From a virus: DNA of 53,847 nucleotides. A program made the translations under genes and the position numbers. Shown here in pieces: positions 48,601 to 53,847 of the stretch (position 1 is the stretch's first letter; every line of letters begins with the position of its first letter). The notes beneath the pieces are model-generated. The model did no database searches. It was not told the DNA's origin and saw nothing but the letters and a program-made list of their open reading frames with translations. The stretch is from IMG/VR virus record IMGVR_UViG_3300045988_101358, positions 1 through 53,847 of that record; one strand, 5' to 3'.

Positions 48601-50566
48601 TAGTCTAGGCGATGCCATGTATGAGTACGTGACGTCTGTGGCTACTGCTATGACTATGGATACTGTTCCGGTTATTCAGGCATCTATTGCCTGTCTGAAT
48701 GCCTTCGGAGGACTCCTTAACACTCTTCCGAATGTGGGAGGTATCAATAGTTGGTTCCAAGGACAGAAAGACTTCAGCTCTCTGAGCAATGGTCTTCCGT
48801 CTTTGGGCAGTGCTCTGAGCAGTTATGCATCCTCGGTTTCCAGTATTACACCAGATACAGTAACCTCTATCGAGGCTTCGGTCAAGGCCGTCGCGGCCAT
48901 GGCGAAGATTCAAAATAGTCTCTCTGAGACTGGTGGTGTCGCTGGATGGTGGAATGGCGATAAGGGTAATGCCTTTGAAGGTCTCGCCAACCAGATGCAG
49001 TCCGTGTCTAAGGCTGTGGCCGCTTTGGCCAAAACCGGCGTCAATATGGAGAACGTTAATGCTGCCATTAACGCTGTCAATCGAATCAAGTCTATGGCGA
49101 ATAGCCTGGCTGGATTCAATGGGGCTGGCATTCAGGCGTTCAAACAGTCCATGGAGAATGTTGGCGATCTTGGCCTGGGTAAGTTCTCGAAGAGCATATC
49201 CACAGCAGCCACCAGCGCAGTCACATCACTCTCGCAATTCGGAAAGAATATATCGTCTCAGACGAGTTCTGTTCGGTCCGTATTCGACGGTATTAGGTCG
49301 ACCATATCCAGCTCTGCCAGTTCGATGAGTACTGGTATTACCACAGCCATCGCTACAATGACTCTGTCGGCAAATACCGGTGTTTCCTCGTTGCTTATGG
49401 CTATGCAGGCCATGAGCGCTGGTATCACATCATCTATGATGTTTACAGCTACGGCTGTAACGGCAGGATCTATGATGGTGATTGCGGCATTCACTATGAT
49501 GAACGTCGGAATGAGTGCCTCTCTGTCCGGAACATCAGCAATGATATCCGGAGCCATGGCTGGCATTTCAGTGGCGATCATGGCTGGCGCGGCTATGTCC
49601 TCAGGTGCTGTGCAGATGCTCGTCATTACAATATCTTCTGGTATGGCACAAGTGGCATCGGCTATGATATCTGGCGGTGCCGGAGTAAGCGCTGGTGCTG
49701 CGATGATCGGTACTGGCCTGAATCTGGCAGTCATGTCCTCGGCCGTTGCCACGGCCCGAATCAACCAGAATATTCAGAGCGGTCTGCAAAGCGCTGTAGC
49801 ATCTATCAGGAACTATTCTGGTCAGTTCTACAACGCTGGACGCACCGCGATTCAGGGTATGGTTGATGGTATGCGTTCGGGTGGAAGTGGCGCTAGGGGT
49901 GCTGCTCAAAGCGTCATGCGGTCCGCTCTGAACGCCGTACAGGGATATTACGACGACTTCCGTAGTACTGGCGCATATGCTGCCAGTGGCTTTACCCAAG
50001 GCATTAAAGATAACATCAATAATGCGGCCAATGCTGCTGCTCGTATGGCTCATGCTGCGTCGGATGCTGCGAATCAAAACCTCAAGGTGCATTCACCTTC
50101 GAGGGTGTTCGCCAACATCGGTCGATTCGTGTCTCTTGGCTTCGCCAAGGGTGTGGTCGACAATACCAGCGTAGCTACGGATTCCGTGACGAAGATGAGC
50201 ACCTCTGTCATCGATGCTTTCTCCCAGGCTGTTAGCAGTCTTGGAGATGATATTAATGGCAATCTGGATCTCTCACCGACAATCACTCCTGTATTGGATC
50301 TGTCGGCTGTCAGTACGGATGCGTCAAAGCTCACTACCATGCTGGACACGACGTCTCCTCGTATTAGAGCTTCGGTGATTGGTGCACCATCCAAGACTGT
50401 GCGTGGTTCTGACCCAGACAGTAAGAATTCTGACACTTCGAATAGCGGTCCTTCGCTCTCGTTCGTTCAGAACAACTACTCGCCTAAGTCGCTCAGTCGT
50501 ATCGATATTTACCGCGATACTAAGAACCAGTTTAGCCAACTGAAGGGAGTACTGGATAAGATATGA
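42653..50566 (+). CDS. Tape measure protein (2,637 aa).
   Basis: TAATG start. Giant, alpha-helical, repeat-rich ORF between the chaperone region and Dit. Long hydrophobic repeat block plus about 10 tandem 60-aa repeats. Confidence 0.85.
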   Translation: MANIDQRVVTLKLDSSSFQKNANDAIKTIDKLTQSLSKLSSLKVNDTLNKSLSSANFSKLSKSAQDSFAQIDKASKNVKFQSLISNAGAAFSQISVKAGQTTLEGLANSVQAIGDKFNSLRLIAIGTLTNIASQAVSSGAQLAKSFTIEPIIDGFREYELQLNSVQTILANTASKGTNIDQVNAALNELNTYADQTIYNFSEMTRNIGTFTAAGVDLDKSVASIKGIANLAAMSGSSSQQASTAMYQLSQAIAAGKVQLMDWNSVVNAGMGGEAFQNALKRTAQHFGTDVDSMIKKYGSFRESLTKGEWLTTDVLTETLKQLSGAYSEADLVAQGYSEDQAKAIVDMAKTAEDAATKIKTFSQLMDTLKEEVGSGWATTWQILMGNFEEARDSWTAIGNQLQASIGQVSKARNDLLQGWANLGGRKELFDSLTDSLKMVASWITPIKQGFRDVFPPTTAQQLFDITKGLHQFIKDATLTSDQSERLRGVVKTLASGLKYLLDALNGAREGLSKMIGGVKGVINGLLSIFDGVAKLTQSLTGGTNAANAFNQAFSLVGSGLNGVAKILSLVGVGFSTLASAVGNSLGKISGGISNLTAGTGQILSSIVTMFQSVFGALPTLLNSVTNGIGNIFNNAFKNIPFKDILATVNEVIKTIMMWNINGIIQGWKKNAKDAQSIADKIQDIVASFKSIPENITKVLDKTKDSISAFTMSIKANILLKIAAAIAVLAVSLKLLSNIPLDKLASSLGMLAGGMTVFGGMALGFIIALDKLFKGAKRMAKLMVLVQQFGKMAKAMVIFAAAIRILADAMTVFGDMGWGQIFKGVVAIGALSGVLVAVSKLMSGTKGMAKTSMMLIVFAAAIKILGSALKGIGSLDFHIIAKGLLGIGASTAIMIVAMKSLNKGMTKLVKSGIMMLTFAISMKTMASAIKSFEGIDVKTIAKSLGALGATMLILSIYTNKMKSANIKTAATSVASLMLYAEALKQMGEAIAAFNDISIEGVGKAILSIGALLTEFVLFTKLAKADKIGETGAALAAMGAAVQQFAQGVEIMAKLSWEELGKGIVGVGAGLTIMVSAMRFMPKNMLKESAGMVVFSLALNVMANALKEIGSMSVDQLAKGILALGGALSVMVIAFKALDSTKGSTTKLAASMLLFGISLSMIAGPIKMLGEMRTKQVAQGLIAMASAFAVISVAAKLLSGMTGQMLKLAGSMAAIGAATIVLGLGLTAMIYPIEKLAGLGSEGLAQGVGGLVAVIGTVAVLIQSINMMPKLNLKAVASIAIMAVVIAGVGAIVKQLAQLQPGAALQAATGLSEVLLSASASLAILSKINVSGAAVAVAALGVLIAGVAAIVAAAGALAQIPGAKWLMGEGQAFLLQIGQAIGGFFGGIVGGVVGGVMSTIAGQLPAMGSALSDFFNNAKPFFDGMSGMGTGVLDGVKNLALAMVALTGAELLQGITNFLTGGGSSIGKFGQQIAELGPYLKKFGESVKGLDAGSVEAAANAAKALAEFAKNIPNEGGWAAKIMGENDIAAFGMKLIPFGTCIKTFSDEVKGLDAGAVEAAASAAKALAAFAKNIPNEGGWAAKIMGENDIAAFGKKLVPFGKAIKEYATAVKGVDGSVIQSSVNSAKAISEFAKNIPNSGGLGTLFTGDNDIAVFASKLGPFGTAMSDFAKNLGKNFKPETVTAAANAAKAIAELANNLPNSGGLKQAFSGIKDLGEFAGNLKGLGTGIKDYANSVKDIKPEMADSIRNSANAMLAIADLQKALPKIGGFGDVFSGVQDFSTFNAQLKPLGEAIKDYADSVKDFNPETVSLIQNSINVLTEFGKLQSALPAVGGVAQAFNGTHDFSVMGSQLGSLGDALEDYVGSITTAMTPDIVPLIQSSIDCLNALGGLLNSLPAIGGIAQFFNGHQDFSVLSGGLTGLGSAMYDYVTSISTAMTVDTVPVIQGSIACLNALGGLLNSLPPVGAIGDWFTGHQDFSVLSNGLSSLGDAMYEYVTSVATAMTMDTVPVIQASIACLNAFGGLLNTLPNVGGINSWFQGQKDFSSLSNGLPSLGSALSSYASSVSSITPDTVTSIEASVKAVAAMAKIQNSLSETGGVAGWWNGDKGNAFEGLANQMQSVSKAVAALAKTGVNMENVNAAINAVNRIKSMANSLAGFNGAGIQAFKQSMENVGDLGLGKFSKSISTAATSAVTSLSQFGKNISSQTSSVRSVFDGIRSTISSSASSMSTGITTAIATMTLSANTGVSSLLMAMQAMSAGITSSMMFTATAVTAGSMMVIAAFTMMNVGMSASLSGTSAMISGAMAGISVAIMAGAAMSSGAVQMLVITISSGMAQVASAMISGGAGVSAGAAMIGTGLNLAVMSSAVATARINQNIQSGLQSAVASIRNYSGQFYNAGRTAIQGMVDGMRSGGSGARGAAQSVMRSALNAVQGYYDDFRSTGAYAASGFTQGIKDNINNAANAAARMAHAASDAANQNLKVHSPSRVFANIGRFVSLGFAKGVVDNTSVATDSVTKMSTSVIDAFSQAVSSLGDDINGNLDLSPTITPVLDLSAVSTDASKLTTMLDTTSPRIRASVIGAPSKTVRGSDPDSKNSDTSNSGPSLSFVQNNYSPKSLSRIDIYRDTKNQFSQLKGVLDKI
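47080..48990 (+). repeat. About 10 tandem ~180-186-nt (~60-aa) repeats inside the tape measure gene.
   Basis: Units such as VEAAANAAKALAEFAKNIPNEGGWAAKIMGENDIAAFG, VEAAASAAKALAAFAKNIPNEGGWAAKIMGENDIAAFG, ... VPVIQGSIACLNALGGLLNSLPPVGAIGDWFTGHQDFSVLS. The first two units are near-identical at the DNA level (offset 186 nt). Confidence 0.85.
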
Positions 50567-51567
50567 TTAAGTCAGTGACTGTCACTAATCCATCCGGTGA
50601 ATCTCTTGAGATGGTATTGACCGACCCCGTGACCTCAGGATTTAATATCGTTGAGATCACGGGGATCGGCCCCTCTAATGCCTCGATCAACACCACTGAA
50701 TTGGTGACATACGATGGCTCTGTGTATAATTCCGCACGTGCACAGCAGCGTAACATCGTATTCACCTTGCAGTTCTGGGAAGACGACGTCATGGGTCCAA
50801 AATATAGGCCCGAGTCGGAGTGGACCAGGATGTCGATCGAGGATATTCGTCATCAGTCCTATCGATATTTCCCAATCAAGCAGCGAGTGGAACTCTCGTT
50901 CAAGACGGATACCCGTACGCTTGACACCTATGGATATGTCGAGAAGAACGAACCGACGATATTCGCCCAAAAAGAATCCGCACAGATCAGCATCATATGC
51001 CCTGAGGCATATTTTGATCTTGGCGGAGACTACAAGACTCAGACAACAGATTTCTCTTCTGTAGAGGCACTGTTCGAGTTTCCGATTAAAAATACGGGAA
51101 CGATGAAGGGTGAATGGGAGAACAACAATACTAGTGTAGCCTCTGTGAACACCCCACAGACTGAATTCTCCCGTATTGTGCTCACTATGGAAAAAAATCT
51201 GTATTATTCTGGTGATGCCTCGACGGGTATCACCATTCAAATTCGTATTGACGGTACCGTGAGCGGTTTGAGCGTTACCAATGTCAATACGAAGGAAGAG
51301 TTCTCTCTTGATGAGGCGATTCTTGAGAAAATTATTGGCGGAAAGTTGAAGACTGGCGACGTGATTACCATCTGTACGACGCAGGGTCGGAAATCTGCTA
51401 TATTTACACGAAATGGCGTGTCGATGAATATTCTGAATGCTGTCAGTCGTGTATCCACATGGCTACAGATCCGCCCTGGCGATAATGTGTTCTCCTTTGC
51501 AGCTGCTGAGGGTTCATATTACGCTCACGTCATCATTCAAAACCGAACTCTGTTTGAGGGGGTGTAA
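50563..51567 (+). CDS. Distal tail protein (Dit).
   Basis: ATGA overlap with the TMP stop. MIKSVTVTNPSGESLEMVLTDP...FNIVEITGIGP is typical of siphovirus tail component N-termini. Confidence 0.7.
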   Translation: MIKSVTVTNPSGESLEMVLTDPVTSGFNIVEITGIGPSNASINTTELVTYDGSVYNSARAQQRNIVFTLQFWEDDVMGPKYRPESEWTRMSIEDIRHQSYRYFPIKQRVELSFKTDTRTLDTYGYVEKNEPTIFAQKESAQISIICPEAYFDLGGDYKTQTTDFSSVEALFEFPIKNTGTMKGEWENNNTSVASVNTPQTEFSRIVLTMEKNLYYSGDASTGITIQIRIDGTVSGLSVTNVNTKEEFSLDEAILEKIIGGKLKTGDVITICTTQGRKSAIFTRNGVSMNILNAVSRVSTWLQIRPGDNVFSFAAAEGSYYAHVIIQNRTLFEGV

Positions 51568-51568
51568 G

Positions 51569-52699
51569 ATGTCGGACTTGTATATTCTGAACGAAAAATT
51601 CGAGACCCACGCCATCGTGGACACATACAAGTCCTTCATCTGGACGGAACGGTACTACGAGGCCGGAGATTTCGAAATCGTAGTACCGGCCTCCAAACAG
51701 GCTTTGGAGATATTTAAGGACGGGTATTACATCGAATACCCGGATCTTACCAAAGATATTCCTGGTCTTACGCCACAGGTATGCGTCATCGAGAAGCGAG
51801 AGATTGCCACAGATGTTGAGACCGGTAACGTCTTGACCATATCTGGACGAGATGCGCTGTCATATTTGGATCGACGCATTATTTGGAAACAGACTAACAT
51901 CAAGGGTAAATTCATCGATGGCATTAAAGCTCTTTTGGATGCAAATGTCATTAACCCTTCTGATGCCAATCGCAAGATGCCTATTTCCTGGATAGATCCT
52001 AAGACCAAGGCCATGGACAACTATAAGATCGACGCTCAGTATCTTGGCGAGAGCCTCTATGACACTCTGGTGAATCTGGCAAAATCATATCATGTCGGTA
52101 TGGAGATGTATCCTTTGCTGGATGATCGTGAAGGAGTTTTTAACTTTCACCTTTATCAGGGGGCTAATCGTTCATATTCTCAGACCGATAATTCGTATGT
52201 TGTATTCTCTCCGCAGTTCGATAATCTAATTAACGCTAATTGGATCAATGGTTCTGCCGATTGGAAGAACACCACCCTTATTGGTGGAGAACAGGATGAG
52301 AACAAGCATCGTAAATATACCGCCATCGCTGATAACGGATCATATTACTCCGGAATCAACCGTCGCGAGATATTTACAGACGCTTCCGGTGTCTCGTCCA
52401 AAATCGAGGGTACCGACAAGACCATGAGCGATGCCGAATATACTCAGAAACTCGTTCAGGCCGGCAAGGATACCTTCGCCGAACACCAAATCGATACCTC
52501 ATTCGAGGGTAAGGCCGAAACCACTCGCATGTTCCGATACAATCATGATTTCTTCATGGGAGATATTGTGGAGGTCATCGATGCATATGGCAATCAATCC
52601 TCATCCCGAATCACCGAATTCGTACATTCCGAAGATGAGAATGGTACGGATTCATATCCTACATTCACCTCGCTAGATAAGAAGGAGTTGACCAAATGA
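51569..52699 (+). CDS. Tal-like / Sipho_Gp37-like baseplate hub protein.
   Basis: MSDLYILNEKFETHAIVDTYKSFIWTERYYEAGDFEIVVP, and its position after Dit. Confidence 0.6.
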   Translation: MSDLYILNEKFETHAIVDTYKSFIWTERYYEAGDFEIVVPASKQALEIFKDGYYIEYPDLTKDIPGLTPQVCVIEKREIATDVETGNVLTISGRDALSYLDRRIIWKQTNIKGKFIDGIKALLDANVINPSDANRKMPISWIDPKTKAMDNYKIDAQYLGESLYDTLVNLAKSYHVGMEMYPLLDDREGVFNFHLYQGANRSYSQTDNSYVVFSPQFDNLINANWINGSADWKNTTLIGGEQDENKHRKYTAIADNGSYYSGINRREIFTDASGVSSKIEGTDKTMSDAEYTQKLVQAGKDTFAEHQIDTSFEGKAETTRMFRYNHDFFMGDIVEVIDAYGNQSSSRITEFVHSEDENGTDSYPTFTSLDKKELTK

Positions 52700-53328
52700 C
52701 CATTTCATATGGTTTCTATAACTCTCTCAATCATGATAGGGTATATGATGCCGATACGGTTGGCTCCATCTTTGACGGTGTTATCGAAGATGGCGTATAT
52801 TCTCAGATTGGAAAACATTTCAAAGTCTCTGTCAAAAGTGGTATGGATATCACCGTTGGCTCTGGTCGTGCATGGGTCTGGCACACATGGCTCTATAACG
52901 ACCAGAACTATCAAATGCATATTGATGCAGCTTCCGGAGCTTTGGATCGTTGGGATTACGTCTGTATCAAGATTGATAAGTCTCCTGGTGTCCGTGCGTC
53001 CAGTATCGTTGTGGTTAAGGGTACTCCATCATCCACACCTACCGACCCCGTTCCGAAAGACACAAACCTTGTACACTATCTTAAGTTGGCCAAGATTGTC
53101 ATTTCCAAGGGTACGACCACTTTGTCGGATGGACGGATCACCCAGCTTGTTGGCACATCCACCACACCTTTTGTGCAGAGTCCTCTCAAGACGATCGACA
53201 TCGACTATCTGCAAGCGAAGTGGAATGCGGACTATCAGTACATGCTGAACAACATGCATTCTGCTCCGGGTGGTTATATTCCTCTGACCAATGCTCAGAT
53301 TGATGCTATGTTCCCAGCTGGCAAATGA
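52696..53328 (+). CDS. Baseplate/fibre-anchoring structural protein (BppU-like N-terminus).
   Basis: aaggagttgaccaa-ATG. YDADTVGSIFDGVIEDGVYS...VGSGRAWV...RWDYVCIKID. Confidence 0.45.
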   Translation: MTISYGFYNSLNHDRVYDADTVGSIFDGVIEDGVYSQIGKHFKVSVKSGMDITVGSGRAWVWHTWLYNDQNYQMHIDAASGALDRWDYVCIKIDKSPGVRASSIVVVKGTPSSTPTDPVPKDTNLVHYLKLAKIVISKGTTTLSDGRITQLVGTSTTPFVQSPLKTIDIDYLQAKWNADYQYMLNNMHSAPGGYIPLTNAQIDAMFPAGK

Positions 53329-53360
53329 TATTTTCAACAAATCAATGAAAGGAGCGCGCA

Positions 53361-53847
53361 ATGCGCATTGTTGATAAAGATAACAAAGAACTCGATCCGA
53401 ATAAACTGGATCTTCGTAAGGGGCATCTGGTGGATGACAAGATCTTCGTCAAGCACCATGATGCTCAGGAGAAGGTCGAGGAAGTCTCTCATTATGAGAC
53501 CGTTCGTTTCTATTCGAATGGCGGCATGGATGTCGAGAAGGTCATTGACACCCCTGGCCAGGAGGCTAAGGATGCCTATGACGAATATGAGGATGTCCAG
53601 CGCTACATCGAGTACACTCAGAGCGAGTTGGACACTCAGGACAAGAGCACTGCCACTGCCGTCGTGAATGGTAACATGAACGATCAGATCATGACGGCTA
53701 TGCCCTACCTGATTGCTCAAATGTCTACGATGATCGATGATAATACTGCCGGACAGTTCCCTGGTCTGTTCGAGACATTCGAAGAAGGCAATAAATATCC
53801 GGCCAAGACCATCGTTCGCTACAAGACCGGTCTGTATCGTGTTATTC
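53361..53847 (+). CDS. 5' portion of a wrap-around tail-fibre/receptor-binding-like gene. It continues at 1-401 once the overlap is collapsed (248 aa total).
   Basis: ATG 53361 follows tgaaaggagcgcgca. The frame (MRIVDKDNKELDPNKLDLRKGH...) stays open to the window end and is in phase with ORF 15-401. Confidence 0.7.
   Translation, partial: MRIVDKDNKELDPNKLDLRKGHLVDDKIFVKHHDAQEKVEEVSHYETVRFYSNGGMDVEKVIDTPGQEAKDAYDEYEDVQRYIEYTQSELDTQDKSTATAVVNGNMNDQIMTAMPYLIAQMSTMIDDNTAGQFPGLFETFEEGNKYPAKTIVRYKTGLYRVI
53707..53847. repeat. Second copy of the 141-bp terminal overlap (equals 1-141).
   Basis: Identical to bases 1-141. Confidence 0.95.

Noticed and set aside
42653-50566. Diversity-generating retroelement (template/variable repeat pair) among the TMP or fibre repeats.
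   Set aside because: No reverse transcriptase ORF exists in the genome. The repeats differ at all base types rather than showing adenine-specific mismatches.

Overview
The window is a complete, circularly closed tailed-phage genome. Bases 1-141 are identical to 53707-53847, so the unit length is 53,706 bp. It looks siphovirus-like: there is a tail-tube protein and a 2,637-aa tape measure but no sheath gene. The host is probably Gram-positive, judging from a GH25 + 2xLysM endolysin, a Dp-1-type holin, and GAAAGGA/GGAGG Shine-Dalgarno sites (often as TTTGAAAGGA-N7-9-ATG). Every credible gene is on the + strand.

Module order:
- 52.7 kb, wrapping to 2.6 kb: tail tip and fibre block, including three tail-collar paralogues.
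- 2.6-3.4 kb: membrane protein and holin.
- 3.4-13.5 kb: early/accessory block of many small membrane proteins and a guanylate-kinase-like gene, punctuated by a conserved 26-nt intergenic motif.
- 13.5-27.4 kb: replication and nucleic-acid metabolism. This includes a helicase/prim-pol/PolB-exonuclease fusion, a separate PolB polymerase part, an SSB-like protein, an iteron-rich ori-like region, an SF2 helicase, a VRR-NUC nuclease, a PD-(D/E)XK nuclease, and a 965-aa protein with a beta-prime-like ADFDGD barrel motif.
- 27.4-27.8 kb: structured cos/pac-like region.
- 27.8-28.5 kb: terS-like gene and HNH.
- 28.5-31.7 kb: Ig-like gene insert.
- 31.7-50.6 kb: terL, portal, protease-scaffold-capsid fusion, head-tail genes, tube, chaperone, an endolysin embedded among the tail genes, and the giant tape measure.
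- 50.6-53.3 kb: Dit, Tal-like and baseplate genes.

The stand-out feature is a pair of tandem shufflon-like DNA-inversion switches at 818-1301 and 1522-2083. Perfect 35-bp and 31-bp inverted repeats lie inside two tail-collar fibre genes. Each pair brackets a promoterless, exactly in-frame alternative C-terminal cassette on the minus strand. These cassettes are the only minus-strand coding capacity in the genome. The switches are combined with 5' poly-G tracts (G9 and G6; the G6 tract puts gene 2 out of frame). I can find no invertase or integrase gene anywhere in the closed genome.

Secondary leads are the candidate YonO/RdRP-like RNA polymerase, an N-terminal motif it shares with three head-module proteins, a split family-B polymerase, and the 26-nt promoter/operator-like motif.
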